From the NCBI GenBank assembly GCA_964468655.1, contig CAYXUG010000003.1, forward strand, positions 1 through 63,306: a stretch of DNA of 63,306 nucleotides, read 5' to 3'. The position numbers were made by a program, and so were the translations under genes. The notes under the pieces were generated by a model, which saw only the letters and a list, made by a program, of their open reading frames with translations, searched no databases and was not told where the DNA came from. This document shows positions 25,518 to 36,050 of the stretch, one piece after another; the first letter of the stretch is position 1, and every line of letters begins with the position of its first letter. The stretch comes from an uncultured bacterium. GTDB lineage: Bacteria > Fidelibacterota > Marinisomatia > Marinisomatales > CAYXUG01.

Positions 25518-27872
25518 ATGAAAAAGTTAAATAAACACCTGTTATTTATCCTCTGCTTCACCGCATGTATCAATGCTCAGAGTGTCGAACTCATTGACAT
25601 AATTGAAGTAAATGTGGAAGGGAATGAATCGGTTTCACCTAGAGTGATAAAACATACCGCCGGACTTGTTGACAGTTCAAGTATCATACCGGGTGACTTT
25701 TCGAAATCAGTAAAAAGACTCTGGTCCACGGGTCTATTTTCTGACATTCAGATTCTTCTGGATGATGAAACATCTGATGGTATCTACATCACAATCCAGG
25801 TTGTTGAAAATCCAATTCTCGGTAAACTTCAATTCTCTGGTAATAAAAAGAAGAAAGCAAAAGATTTTGAAGAGGAATTAAGTTTAACAACCGGCCAGAG
25901 AATTCAGCCGCATAAACCAAAAGAAAGTGAAGAAAAAATTAAAGAGCTTTATCATGAAGATGGATATCTGAGGGTAGATATAAGATCTGAACTGGTTGAT
26001 ACCAAAATTGAAAATGTGAAAGATATTTATTTTCACATTACTGAAAACAAAAAGGTAAAAATCAAAAAAATTGAGTTTTCAGGGAATGAAAAATTTTCAG
26101 ATAGAAAGTTAAGAAAGAAATTGAAAGACACTAAGATTCAAAAATGGTATTTATTCTGGCGGTCTTCCTTTGATGAAAATGAATTTGATGAAGATAAAAA
26201 GCTGCTTTCGTCATTCTATAGAAATGAGGGTTATTATGATTTCATGATTATGTCAGATTCAATTCATTATGATGAAGACGGCAGACGAATGAAAATTGAA
26301 ATTGATGTGTATGAAGGACCTAAATATTTTATCAGAAATATCAGTTGGGAGGGTAATATTCTTTCTGACGAAGATCAATTGATGTATAGAGTTGGTCTCC
26401 GGAAGGGTGATGTGTTTAATGAGGAAAAGTTTAATCAGGCAATATACGATAGGGTTCAGGGGATTTACATGGATAAAGGATACATTTACAGTCAGATCAC
26501 GCCTGAGATAGTACCCATCGGTAAAGATTCGCTTGATGTTCATTTCGTGATAACTGAAGGTCAGCAGGTTGCAGTCAGACAGATAGATATTTGGGGAAAT
26601 ACAAAGACAAGGGAAAATGTAATTCGAAGAGAATTAAAACTTTATCCGGGTGATATTTTTAACAGGGAATTATTGATAAGAAGCGCACGGGAATTGATGA
26701 TATTAAATTATTTCAGTAATGTTGAACCGAACGTAGTCCCTGTTGATGAAGATGAAGTTGATCTCACATTTACAGTTGAAGAAAAATCTTCTGACAGAGC
26801 TACTGCTTCAGTTGGATTTACAGGAGAGTATGGATTAACTGGCGGTGCAGGACTCGAATTCAACAATTTTCTGGGTAAAGGCCAACAAATTAATCTCAGC
26901 TTTCAGGAAGGGACACAATACAGGGTTCTGTCAAACAATCAAGCATCAAAGTATCGTTCCTTTTCTATGAGTTTTACAGATCCAATGATCAACGATACTC
27001 CAAATCTTGTTGGATTTTCCCTTTACTATTACCTTCGCGGGCAGGGTGCATATTCCTACAGCATACCACTCGACAGGGAGATATTCGGTTCTTCAGTCCG
27101 TTTGGGCCGAAGATTGAGATGGCCTGACAATTATTTCCGGGCAACTTGGGTCGTTCAGGGATCGAAAAAGAAATATAGTGGTGATGAAGAAATACTGGAG
27201 GAATATGTTTCCGGATTTGAAGAAACGAATGGTCTCAGCGTTTCACAGCATATTCGCAGGGACAGCAGAAACCATCCAGAATTTCCATCTCTTGGTTCGG
27301 TGATGAACTGGACATCAACTTTTTCAGGTGGATTCTTAGGTGGGCATGAAAATTTTCACAAGCATGAGTTAAAACTTGACTGGTATTCACCTCTTTTCTG
27401 GAAATTTGTTTTAACAACTTCCGTGCAAATGGGTGCTATAAAGGAAATACCTCCAAAAAGCGGTACACGGTCAGTTATTCCGTTGGATGAAAAATTTATC
27501 ATGGGTGGCACAGGAATTCCTTATGGCACTTTGATGAGAGGTTACATTGATAATACGGTTGGACCTTATTCCAGCGGTCCCCTGGGAGGTCTCGTTAAAC
27601 TGAAATATATGGTGGAGCTACGGTTTCCATTTTCAGAAAATCCGACTATGTACGGTCTATTATTTGCAGAAATGGGGAATGTATGGAAAGATTTTTCAAG
27701 AACCGATCCCTATGAATTAAAAAGGTCAGCCGGTGTTGGAATCAGAATGTTTATGCCTATGATCGGGATGCTGGGTTTTGATTACGGATATGGATTTGAT
27801 GATGTAGATGCGGACTTGGATACGGTGCCGCAAGGTTGGAATTTTCATATCCTTTTCGGAATGCCTTTTTAG
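25518..27872 (+). CDS. bamA: outer-membrane protein assembly factor BamA
   Basis: Signal peptide, POTRA-like repeats (I..I.VEGN...), a C-terminal barrel ending ...WNFHILFGMPF, and position between uppS and skp. Confidence 0.92.
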   Translation: MKKLNKHLLFILCFTACINAQSVELIDIIEVNVEGNESVSPRVIKHTAGLVDSSSIIPGDFSKSVKRLWSTGLFSDIQILLDDETSDGIYITIQVVENPILGKLQFSGNKKKKAKDFEEELSLTTGQRIQPHKPKESEEKIKELYHEDGYLRVDIRSELVDTKIENVKDIYFHITENKKVKIKKIEFSGNEKFSDRKLRKKLKDTKIQKWYLFWRSSFDENEFDEDKKLLSSFYRNEGYYDFMIMSDSIHYDEDGRRMKIEIDVYEGPKYFIRNISWEGNILSDEDQLMYRVGLRKGDVFNEEKFNQAIYDRVQGIYMDKGYIYSQITPEIVPIGKDSLDVHFVITEGQQVAVRQIDIWGNTKTRENVIRRELKLYPGDIFNRELLIRSARELMILNYFSNVEPNVVPVDEDEVDLTFTVEEKSSDRATASVGFTGEYGLTGGAGLEFNNFLGKGQQINLSFQEGTQYRVLSNNQASKYRSFSMSFTDPMINDTPNLVGFSLYYYLRGQGAYSYSIPLDREIFGSSVRLGRRLRWPDNYFRATWVVQGSKKKYSGDEEILEEYVSGFEETNGLSVSQHIRRDSRNHPEFPSLGSVMNWTSTFSGGFLGGHENFHKHELKLDWYSPLFWKFVLTTSVQMGAIKEIPPKSGTRSVIPLDEKFIMGGTGIPYGTLMRGYIDNTVGPYSSGPLGGLVKLKYMVELRFPFSENPTMYGLLFAEMGNVWKDFSRTDPYELKRSAGVGIRMFMPMIGMLGFDYGYGFDDVDADLDTVPQGWNFHILFGMPF

Positions 27873-27963
27873 GTAAATTCGTTCGTAATTTCAGAAGTTT
27901 CCTATCTTAGAAAATTAGGATTGTTATTTAAAATAAATATTAAAAATAAAACAGGAGGTTAAT

Positions 27964-28497
27964 GTGAAATTAATAAAACAATTTATTTCTCTTATGGTGT
28001 TGGTGATGATTCCGACATTATTACCTGCCCAGCAATTGAAGATTGGGTATGTTCAAGCAGACCGTATTCGAACGGAGTATGAAGAATTCCAGGAAGCCGA
28101 AAGAGAATTACAACTGGAATTCAGTAAAGTTCAATTTGAATATCAAACTATGACACAGAGGTTGGACAGTTTAAACAGGGTTTTTGAGACTCAGCGCCTC
28201 ATGAGTACACCGGACTGGCAGCGAGAAAAGGAACAAAAAATCAGTCAACTTGAACAGCAAGTGCAGGATTTTCAACTGAGAAAAGTTGGACCGGAGGGTG
28301 AACTTTATAGAAAACAGCTTCAGGTTGAGAATGAAATCATACAAAAAGTGCAGCAAGCTGTAAGCAAAGTGGCTATAGATAAGGGGTATGATTATATCCT
28401 TGATTCAATTGCACTACTTTATGGAAAACCAACTCATAATCTTACAGATGATGTTTTGCATGAATTGAGGAATTTGAGTGGCGAAGAGGGAAATTAA
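27964..28497 (+). CDS. skp: periplasmic chaperone OmpH/Skp
   Basis: GTG start after AGGAGG at 27953-27958. Signal peptide. A Q/E-rich coiled-coil protein of 177 aa between bamA and lpxD. Confidence 0.85.
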   Translation: MKLIKQFISLMVLVMIPTLLPAQQLKIGYVQADRIRTEYEEFQEAERELQLEFSKVQFEYQTMTQRLDSLNRVFETQRLMSTPDWQREKEQKISQLEQQVQDFQLRKVGPEGELYRKQLQVENEIIQKVQQAVSKVAIDKGYDYILDSIALLYGKPTHNLTDDVLHELRNLSGEEGN

Positions 28498-28499
28498 TT

Positions 28500-29522
28500 T
28501 TGACTTCATTAAAGGAGTTAGCTGACTTAATTGATGGAGATGTAGAGGGTGATCCGGGATTAGAGATAAAAGGTGTTTCGGATATCAAAAAATCAACCGA
28601 AGGATCGATTTCCCTTTATCATGATAAAAGGTATCGAAAGTATCTGGGTGAAACAAAAGCTTCAGCTTTGGTTGTCTCAAAAAAGGAAAAAGTCGATAAG
28701 TTTGATTTAATCCGTGTAGAAAACCCGCTTTTAGCGTTTACAAAAGTTATTGCTTTTTTTACTCCTGTTGATGAAAAGGAAGATGGGATTCATCCAACGG
28801 CAATTTTAGCCGAAAATGTAAAGATAGGAAAAAATGTGATAGTAGGTCCCTGGACTATCCTAGAAAAAGATGTGGAATTGATGAATGAGGTGGTGGTGGG
28901 TGCACATTGTTATATTGGATCAGATTCAACAATTGGAAATTGTTCATCCCTTTTTTCCAACGTTATTCTCTATGAAAAAATCATTTTGGGTAAAAATGTG
29001 TTAATACACAGCGGCACTGTATTGGGAGCCGACGGATTTGGCTTTGTGACAGAAAATGATGAACATGCAAAAATTCCCCATACTGGCGGTGTTGAGATCA
29101 GGGACAATGTTGAAATAGGTGCGAACTGCGCAGTCGATAGAGGAACTTTTGGGAATACAGTGGTTGGTGAAGGATCAAAACTGGATGATTTTGTGCATGT
29201 AGGTCATAATGCCCAGATAGGGAAAGGATGCCTAATTGCCGGTAAGGTAGGTATCGCAGGTAGTTCCGTCATTGGGGATTATTCCGTTTTTGGCGGGCAG
29301 GCAGGTGTAGTGGATCATGTGGAAATTGGCGAAAGATCTAAGGTGGGCGCTCAGTCAGGGATTACAAAATCAATGCCCGGAAATCAGACGTACTCAGGAA
29401 TGCCTGCACGAGAACTGCATCAAAAAATAAAAGTCGATGCACTTGTTAATAAATTACCTGAAATTGTGAAAAGACTTAAGGATCTTGAAGAAACTGTAAC
29501 AAAACTCAAGGAAAATAAATGA
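28500..29522 (+). CDS. lpxD: UDP-3-O-acylglucosamine N-acyltransferase
   Basis: Left-handed beta-helix hexapeptide repeats, the LpxD N-terminal domain pattern (LAD.I.G...GD....I.GV) and synteny. Confidence 0.92.
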   Translation: MTSLKELADLIDGDVEGDPGLEIKGVSDIKKSTEGSISLYHDKRYRKYLGETKASALVVSKKEKVDKFDLIRVENPLLAFTKVIAFFTPVDEKEDGIHPTAILAENVKIGKNVIVGPWTILEKDVELMNEVVVGAHCYIGSDSTIGNCSSLFSNVILYEKIILGKNVLIHSGTVLGADGFGFVTENDEHAKIPHTGGVEIRDNVEIGANCAVDRGTFGNTVVGEGSKLDDFVHVGHNAQIGKGCLIAGKVGIAGSSVIGDYSVFGGQAGVVDHVEIGERSKVGAQSGITKSMPGNQTYSGMPARELHQKIKVDALVNKLPEIVKRLKDLEETVTKLKENK

Positions 29523-30433
29523 CAGCTTTTCAGAAAACAATTCAATCTCAAATATCCTGTGAAGGGTTTGGATTGCACACCGGGCAAAAGTCAGCTATCA
29601 CTTTTAAACCGGCAAATGAAAATTCAGGAATTCAGTTTGTAAGAAAAGATATTGATGATAAAACTGTCATTCCTGCATTGGTGGAATATGTGGCGGAAAC
29701 TAATAGAGGAACTACATTACTAAAAGGTGGAGTTAAAGTCGATACAGTGGAGCATGTACTCAGTGCTTTGAATGGCGTTGGGATTGATAATATTAATATA
29801 GAACTGGATGGACCGGAACCGCCTATAATGGACGGTAGCGCAAAAGTGTTTGTTGACATATTAACTGATGCCGGAATCAGGGAATTGAATTCAGAGCAGA
29901 TGCCGTTGATCATTGAAACACCGATCCATTTTTCATTACAGGGTAGAGATAGCACAATGGAAGTAATACCTTCGTTTGAAGCATGTTTTACCTACAAAAT
30001 TGACAACAAGGAAATATTTGGTTCGCAGGAAATGACACTTTTCACCATGGATGATTATACAACCCAAATTGCAGAAGCCCGTACATTTTGCTTTTTAAGC
30101 GAGGTAGAGGCGATTTACAATCACGGATTAGCCAAAGGCGGCAGTTTGGAGAATACGATTGTTTTTTCAGATTGTGATTTTGAGGATGTAGATGTAAATA
30201 TCCTGGGAAAAGAATTTGGATTAACGGAATCTCAAATGTGCAATTCCATTGGCGTTGTTGGAGATGTTTCCCTGAGATTTGAAAATGAACCAGTAAGACA
30301 TAAGCTACTGGACCTCATAGGTGATTTAACATTACTTGGGCGGCCAATTCAAGGACACATAACAGCAATAAATGCAGGTCACGAAATGCATATAGAATTT
30401 ATAAAAAAACTAAAGGAAGATTACTCGCTATGA
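29519..30433 (+). CDS. lpxC: UDP-3-O-acyl-N-acetylglucosamine deacetylase
   Basis: GFGLHTGQKSAITFKPA, TVEHVLSAL, RHKLLDLIGDL and GH..H motifs. ATGA coupling to lpxD. Confidence 0.93.
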   Translation: MTAFQKTIQSQISCEGFGLHTGQKSAITFKPANENSGIQFVRKDIDDKTVIPALVEYVAETNRGTTLLKGGVKVDTVEHVLSALNGVGIDNINIELDGPEPPIMDGSAKVFVDILTDAGIRELNSEQMPLIIETPIHFSLQGRDSTMEVIPSFEACFTYKIDNKEIFGSQEMTLFTMDDYTTQIAEARTFCFLSEVEAIYNHGLAKGGSLENTIVFSDCDFEDVDVNILGKEFGLTESQMCNSIGVVGDVSLRFENEPVRHKLLDLIGDLTLLGRPIQGHITAINAGHEMHIEFIKKLKEDYSL

Positions 30434-30897
30434 GTTATTCGGAAAAAAAATTGAGTTTTGATATTTCAGAAATTCAGAAAATTATTCCTCACAGGTACCC
30501 TCTATTGTTGATAGACAGAATTGATGAATTGGTTCCGGGCAAATCAGTTAAAGCTACCAAGAATGTTACAAACAATGAGCAGTTCTTTCAAGGTCATTTC
30601 CCCGGTCAACCTGTGATGCCGGGAGTAATGATTCTGGAAAGTATGGCACAGGCAGGTGGATTTTTGGTGTTGTATTCTGTAGAGAATCCGGAACAGAAAC
30701 TGATGTATTTATCAAAGATTGAAAGTGCCCGGTTCAAACAAATGGTAATTCCTGGGGATCAACTGGAACTTGAATTAAATTTGCTGAAATTTCGATTGAA
30801 TACCTGCAAAATTGAAGGAAAAGCTTTTGTGAATGGAAAGGTCGTTGTTGAGGTGGTATTCTTAGCATCGGTTGTAGATAGAGAAGCGAATGAGTAA
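30430..30897 (+). CDS. fabZ: 3-hydroxyacyl-ACP dehydratase
   Basis: IPHRYPLLLIDRI, FFQGHFPGQPVMPGVMILESMAQ. Confidence 0.93.
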   Translation: MSYSEKKLSFDISEIQKIIPHRYPLLLIDRIDELVPGKSVKATKNVTNNEQFFQGHFPGQPVMPGVMILESMAQAGGFLVLYSVENPEQKLMYLSKIESARFKQMVIPGDQLELELNLLKFRLNTCKIEGKAFVNGKVVVEVVFLASVVDREANE

Positions 30898-31669
30898 ATC
30901 AGGTTCAATTCATCCAAGTTCTATTGTTTCTTCTGATGCTAAAATAGGAGATCAAGTAAAAATTGGTCCTTACAGTGTTATTGAAGAAGATGTTTTAATC
31001 GGTGATAATTGCCGGATAGGAAATTTTGTTACACTAAAAAAGGGTACTCGGTTAGGTAATGGCTGCCGAGTTTTTCATGGTGTTGATATTGGTGAAGAGC
31101 CACAGGATTTTAAATATTCAGGAGAACCAACCACAGTAGAAATCGGTGAAAATGTAACTCTTAGGGAATATGTAACCATTCACCGCGGCACAAAGATGAG
31201 AGAAAAAACAGTGGTTGGAGATAATTGTTACCTCATGGCGTATGTTCATGTTGGCCATGATTCTATTTTAGGAGATAATGTCATTATCGCAAACGGTGCC
31301 CAGCTCGGCGGACACGTGGAAGTGGATGACCACACATTTATTGGTGGTTTAGTTGCAGTTCATCAGTTTGTGAAAATTGGAAAGTATGTCTGTGTTGGCG
31401 GTGGATTTAGAGTTGTGCAGGATGTCCCTCCGTTTATACTCGTAGCAGGTGAACCGTTGAAATTTTCAGGATTAAATTCTGTTGGATTGAGAAGAAAAAA
31501 TTTTAATACATCCATAAGAAATACAATTAAAGGCACGTATCAATTATTATTTGATTCAAATAATAATGTGAGCCAGGCAGTTGAAGAAATCAACAAAGCG
31601 TATCCTGACAGTCAAGAGGCAAAAGAAATTATTTCATTTGTAGAAAACAGCAACCGGGGAATAGTTTAA
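30890..31669 (+). CDS. lpxA: acyl-ACP-UDP-N-acetylglucosamine O-acyltransferase
   Basis: IHPSSIVSSDAKIGD, hexapeptide repeats, TIHRGT, GLNSVGLRR. Confidence 0.93.
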   Translation: MSKSGSIHPSSIVSSDAKIGDQVKIGPYSVIEEDVLIGDNCRIGNFVTLKKGTRLGNGCRVFHGVDIGEEPQDFKYSGEPTTVEIGENVTLREYVTIHRGTKMREKTVVGDNCYLMAYVHVGHDSILGDNVIIANGAQLGGHVEVDDHTFIGGLVAVHQFVKIGKYVCVGGGFRVVQDVPPFILVAGEPLKFSGLNSVGLRRKNFNTSIRNTIKGTYQLLFDSNNNVSQAVEEINKAYPDSQEAKEIISFVENSNRGIV

Positions 31670-31790
31670 AATTAAGGTAATCATTATTTATCTCCTTCCT
31701 TTTTGGATAGGTCATTTTATTTTTTCCCAGGTACCCGATTACGATATTAATTCTGAAACGAGTGAAAATGAGATTTCGCCATTTTTCAAA

Positions 31791-32390
31791 ATGATCTCTG
31801 TTCAAACCAGCCACCATGGGATATACCCTTATGAAGAAAATTTCCGTACTCAGATAGGAATTCTGGGTTTATCCGGGGCATCTCAAAATGATGATGATCT
31901 TTCAATGGTATCCGGCAAGGGAGGCATATTCCCCGCAATTGAATTGGGGTACTGGGTGACTTCTAATCTTCATTTTATGGGAACTTATTCTTCATTTGTT
32001 AATAATGATGATATTGTTTTTTCCACAAGTTACGGGTTTGAAGTTTTCTCGAATATAAAAAATGACACTTCTTATCCGTGGATGTTTTCATTCCAACAAA
32101 GGACCATTGAAGGGCAAGATGATTTTTTATTGAAATCATTGGATGCGGGAGTGTTAAAACAAATTAATGTGAGTAAATTTTATACTTGGCTCGGTGCTGG
32201 AATCACCATGTTTGATGCAAAAATAATAATAAGTGAAAATAACTCAATCCAAAGCAAATTGAGCGGACAAGTAAACACAATTCGATTTGGAGTGGGAAGC
32301 AGATTAAAGAATTTCTATGGAATTAATTTAGGGTTTAAAGTCCATTCAAAAATTGTGAGTGGTTATTTAGGATTTCACAGGTTTTTATAA
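31791..32390 (+). CDS. small hypothetical beta-barrel-like protein with an uncertain 5' end
   Basis: 199-aa ORF with alternating strands. It has no leader from the ATG at 31791. The in-frame upstream extension (31677-31790) encodes the leader-like IIIYLLPFWIGHFIFSQV but contains no ATG/GTG/TTG. Confidence 0.45.
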   Translation: MISVQTSHHGIYPYEENFRTQIGILGLSGASQNDDDLSMVSGKGGIFPAIELGYWVTSNLHFMGTYSSFVNNDDIVFSTSYGFEVFSNIKNDTSYPWMFSFQQRTIEGQDDFLLKSLDAGVLKQINVSKFYTWLGAGITMFDAKIIISENNSIQSKLSGQVNTIRFGVGSRLKNFYGINLGFKVHSKIVSGYLGFHRFL

Positions 32391-32392
32391 AT

Positions 32393-33559
32393 ATGATAAA
32401 ATCAATTTCAATATTAGGATCTACCGGTTCCATTGGCGAAAACACGCTGAAGGTTGTTGACCACATAAGCAGTGAATTTAATGTAAAATATCTGACTGCC
32501 GGAGGAAATGCTGAAAAATTAGTCGATCAGGCGCTGATGTACCAACCGCAGTCAGTTGCAATATTAGATATTGAGAAATATGATGAAGTTTCGCATCATT
32601 TAAGAAAAAGTGAGATAGAAGTGCTCAAAGGCAGAGAAGGAATTTTGGATATTGCATCTAGAAATGATATCGATTTAATGGTAAATGCATTGGTGGGAAG
32701 TTCAGGCATGGAACCCACTGTTTTGGCTTTATCTGAAGGAGTAAATGTAGCGCTCAGCAATAAGGAAAGTATGGTAATGGCCGGTGGTATAATCAGTGAA
32801 ATCAGGCAAAAAACAGGCGCAGAAATTTATCCCGTTGACAGCGAACACAGTGCTATTTGGCAGTGCCTCACAGGTGAAAATAATAGTGAAATTAAAAAAA
32901 TCATCTTAACCGGGTCAGGTGGTCCTTTCAGGGAAAAACCACTAAATGAATTTGCCTACATTACCGTAGAACAGGCGTTGAACCATCCAAACTGGAAAAT
33001 GGGAAAAAAAATTACCATAGATTCTGCAACCATGATGAATAAGGGGTTGGAAGTCATCGAAGCATTTTGGCTGTTTCAGGTGGATATTAACCAAATTGAA
33101 ATTGTGGTTCATCCGCAATCAATCATCCACAGCATGGTTGAATTTGTGGACGGTTCGGTGAAAGCGCAATTGGGACTTCCTGACATGAAAGTGCCTATTC
33201 AGTATGCATTGACTAATCCGGAAAGAAAACTGGCAGATTGGGAGTCAATAGATTTCACCACCACTGGCAAATTAACGTTTGAAAAACCCGATTTGGAGAA
33301 ATTCCCATGCATAAGAATTGCATTTGATGCATTGGAAAAAGGCGGTTCAGCACCCGCAGCGTTAAATGTAACAAACGATAATACTGTTAAGCAATTTCTG
33401 GATGGTAATTTAACATTTTCTCAAATTGCAGAAATTAATGAAGCTGCCATTTATGAACACGAATGGTCAGAGAATCCTGATCTGGATTTTTTAAAGAATC
33501 TGGAGATTTGGGGAGAAAATTTTGTGAATGAAACTGTGAAGGAAGGGAAACTGGTATGA
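32393..33559 (+). CDS. dxr: 1-deoxy-D-xylulose-5-phosphate reductoisomerase
   Basis: ILGSTGSIG..TL, LSNKESMV, PVDSEHSAIWQC, NHPNWKMG.KITIDSATMMNKGLE. Confidence 0.93.
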   Translation: MIKSISILGSTGSIGENTLKVVDHISSEFNVKYLTAGGNAEKLVDQALMYQPQSVAILDIEKYDEVSHHLRKSEIEVLKGREGILDIASRNDIDLMVNALVGSSGMEPTVLALSEGVNVALSNKESMVMAGGIISEIRQKTGAEIYPVDSEHSAIWQCLTGENNSEIKKIILTGSGGPFREKPLNEFAYITVEQALNHPNWKMGKKITIDSATMMNKGLEVIEAFWLFQVDINQIEIVVHPQSIIHSMVEFVDGSVKAQLGLPDMKVPIQYALTNPERKLADWESIDFTTTGKLTFEKPDLEKFPCIRIAFDALEKGGSAPAALNVTNDNTVKQFLDGNLTFSQIAEINEAAIYEHEWSENPDLDFLKNLEIWGENFVNETVKEGKLV

Positions 33560-34731
33560 TAACGATTCTGGCAGCCATATTTGTGATTGGCGTTTTGGTT
33601 TTCGTCCATGAATCCGGGCATTTTTTAGCTGCGCGATCCATTGGTGTGAGGGTGGACAGATTTTCTCTTGGATTTCCACCGCGCCTTTTCACATTTACAC
33701 CCACTGATAGAGGTTGGGTATTCAACTTGTTCTTTTTTACCCGAAGCAATAAAGGAAAAATTGAGTGGGGACCAATATGGACTAAAACAACATCAAGAAT
33801 TCCTAAAAAAGTAACGGGGACTGAATATTGTATAGCTCTTATTCCATTAGGTGGTTATGTAAAAACTGCCGGAAGTATTGATGAAAGTTTGGATGATAAA
33901 ATTACAGGTGCCCCTGACGAACTCACTTCCCAGCCGAGATGGAAACAGGCATGGGTTATTTCTGCCGGTGTCCTTATGAATTTTCTGCTGGCTATCATCA
34001 TTTTTTCCGGATTGACCTACTTCAATGGTATTCCAGAAAAAACCAATGAACCGGTTGTCTTGGATGTAAATCCCGGACTTCCTGCTTCTGAAGCCGGTAT
34101 CATTACGGGAGACAGAATCGAATCAATTAATGATGAAAAGATAGAAACGTGGGGAAAATTAACAGAAATCATTCACGCCCGTCCCCTGGAGCCAATTAAC
34201 GTTCAGTGGCGGAGAAACAGTGAGTTTTATTCGGCAGACATTGTAACGCAGAAAGGAATGATATTTGTTAATGATGAAGCAAAGGAAGTGGGATTGATTG
34301 GAGTTACAGGCGGATATATGATTCGCGATGCATCAGTTATTGATGCTGGGGTGAATGGTGTAAAAAAGACGGGATTCTGGCTTGGGATGATTGTGAAATC
34401 ATTAAAGATGGTGATAACCGGGGAAGCATCGGTGAAAGAATTGGGAGGTCCCATTACCATAGCGAAACTTGCTGGGGAATCGGCTAAAGCAGGAATGTCA
34501 GCCCTATTTTCTCTTATGGCAATCATCAGTGTTAACCTTGCCTTTATTAATATAATGCCTATTCCCGGACTGGATGGGGGGCATTTATTGATTATTGTGG
34601 TGGAAGGTATTATCCGCAGGGCACTTTCCATTAAAACAAAAATGGTGATTCAGCAGGTGGGAATGGCGTTGTTATTACTCTTAATTATACTTGTATTCTA
34701 TGTTGATATCAGCAGGTTTTTCTTTAATTAA
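33556..34731 (+). CDS. rseP: RIP site-2 metalloprotease RseP
   Basis: HESGHFLAAR (HExxH), a PDZ-like middle region, and C-terminal NLAFINIMPIPGLDGGH. Confidence 0.9.
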   Translation: MITILAAIFVIGVLVFVHESGHFLAARSIGVRVDRFSLGFPPRLFTFTPTDRGWVFNLFFFTRSNKGKIEWGPIWTKTTSRIPKKVTGTEYCIALIPLGGYVKTAGSIDESLDDKITGAPDELTSQPRWKQAWVISAGVLMNFLLAIIIFSGLTYFNGIPEKTNEPVVLDVNPGLPASEAGIITGDRIESINDEKIETWGKLTEIIHARPLEPINVQWRRNSEFYSADIVTQKGMIFVNDEAKEVGLIGVTGGYMIRDASVIDAGVNGVKKTGFWLGMIVKSLKMVITGEASVKELGGPITIAKLAGESAKAGMSALFSLMAIISVNLAFINIMPIPGLDGGHLLIIVVEGIIRRALSIKTKMVIQQVGMALLLLLIILVFYVDISRFFFN

Positions 34732-35458
34732 CTGAAACTTTTTTCAGTTTTAATATCATTGTTCCAAAACTGGCATTTGATTCAATTTTCACCGGCAGTC
34801 TCCTTTTGTCATCGGAAAGCCATATTGTCATATTACCCTTGCTTTTTAAAAGTGATTTTCCTTCCCGGAAGGGTTCAATTACAAAACAGTTAAATTTACC
34901 TGCCGGTACTTTTATTTTTTCTTTGTGGTGTACGATTATTTTAAAAACTGTGAATTTATTATTATCGAACGTCGTGTATGAAAATAAATCACCTACCTTT
35001 AATGGTACTGTCCGAAGATAGTAAATCATAGAATAAGGATCTCGAATTTCCTGGGATACCGGGAATTCCCTTTCCTCAGTGGTAATTAAAGAATCTTCAT
35101 AATTGATTGTAGCTGAAAATTTATTTTTATAATTACGCTCCCGAATATCTTTTCTGAATTTTCTGGTGAAAAGTTCTTTGGTGTCTACCCACGTTTCGAC
35201 CACATCTCTCACTTTAAATAAACGGTCAATGATTTTGCTGCTTTTAACATTAAATGAAATATGAAAGGTTTCAAATCCATCAACTGTTTCAATAGCCTTT
35301 ATTTTCAGCTTTGCAATGCCGGCAGGAATAAAATTTATTTTAGCTGAATAGTGTAATGATTCGCCTATATCAAATGGATTTAAAGTCTGAGCTGAGGTAA
35401 ACCCAACAAAGCATATTCCTAATATGATTAATTTTTTCGCCATATTACTGTATTTCAC
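34724..35458 (-). CDS. DUF3108-like secreted protein
   Basis: Signal peptide. GESLHYSAKINFIPAGIAKLKI...RRLPVKIE fits my memory of the DUF3108 pattern. Convergent 8-nt stop overlap with rseP (TTAATTAA). Confidence 0.55.
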   Translation of the reverse strand: MKYSNMAKKLIILGICFVGFTSAQTLNPFDIGESLHYSAKINFIPAGIAKLKIKAIETVDGFETFHISFNVKSSKIIDRLFKVRDVVETWVDTKELFTRKFRKDIRERNYKNKFSATINYEDSLITTEEREFPVSQEIRDPYSMIYYLRTVPLKVGDLFSYTTFDNNKFTVFKIIVHHKEKIKVPAGKFNCFVIEPFREGKSLLKSKGNMTIWLSDDKRRLPVKIESNASFGTMILKLKKVSVN

Positions 35459-35461
35459 TGT

Positions 35462-36034
35462 CTAGTTTCTTAAAATTTTCACTTCTTTATCCATTAGGTC
35501 AAGAATTTTTGAGCCGGATGAGGGAGGCAGAATTCCATCATCAATGATCATGTCCACTGAATTCTTAAACTTGGTGATTATTTGGTCCGGATCATTTAAT
35601 GGTTGCTCCCCCCCTTTATTAACACTGGTTGTTGTAATGGGAAAACCAAGCTTCTGAACCAATGAAGTTGGACAAAGGTGATTGGGAATTCGTATGCCAA
35701 TACTTTTATTTGGTCCAAGGAGGTTGGCAGATAATTCAGATGAGTCAGTTTGGAGGATAACAGTCACTTTTCCGGGAAGTTCATTTTCAATCAGTGTTTG
35801 ATGCTCTGGAGTTACTGATGCAAAACGATTCAGCATTTCCAAATCACTGACTATGATACTCCACGGTTTTTTTCGCCCCTTAAGCGTGGAAAGTTTTTTT
35901 AGGGCAGAATCGTTCGTTGCATCTACACCAAATCCATACAACGTGTCCGTAGGATAAATTACGATTCCTCCCTTTGATAGAATGTCAACTGCCTCTTCAA
36001 GCCAGTCATCGTCTGCATATTTTTTTATATTCAC
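35462..36034 (-). CDS. tsaC: L-threonylcarbamoyladenylate synthase (TsaC/YrdC family)
   Basis: GGIVIYPTDTLYGFGVDA, LKGRKKPWSIIV, TSVN.GG. The GTG start at 36034 (plus-strand cac at 36032-36034) lies 16 nt after the upstream gene's stop. The track start at 36190 would overlap that gene by 140 nt. Confidence 0.85.
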   Translation of the reverse strand: MNIKKYADDDWLEEAVDILSKGGIVIYPTDTLYGFGVDATNDSALKKLSTLKGRKKPWSIIVSDLEMLNRFASVTPEHQTLIENELPGKVTVILQTDSSELSANLLGPNKSIGIRIPNHLCPTSLVQKLGFPITTTSVNKGGEQPLNDPDQIITKFKNSVDMIIDDGILPPSSGSKILDLMDKEVKILRN

Positions 36035-36050
36035 AATTAAATAATCTTGG

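Noticed and set aside
24704-34731. The uppS-bamA-skp-lpxD-lpxC-fabZ-lpxA-dxr-rseP block considered as something unusual.
   Set aside because: This is a widely conserved envelope-biogenesis synteny in diderm bacteria. The only oddity is the small ORF at 31791, which is reported separately.
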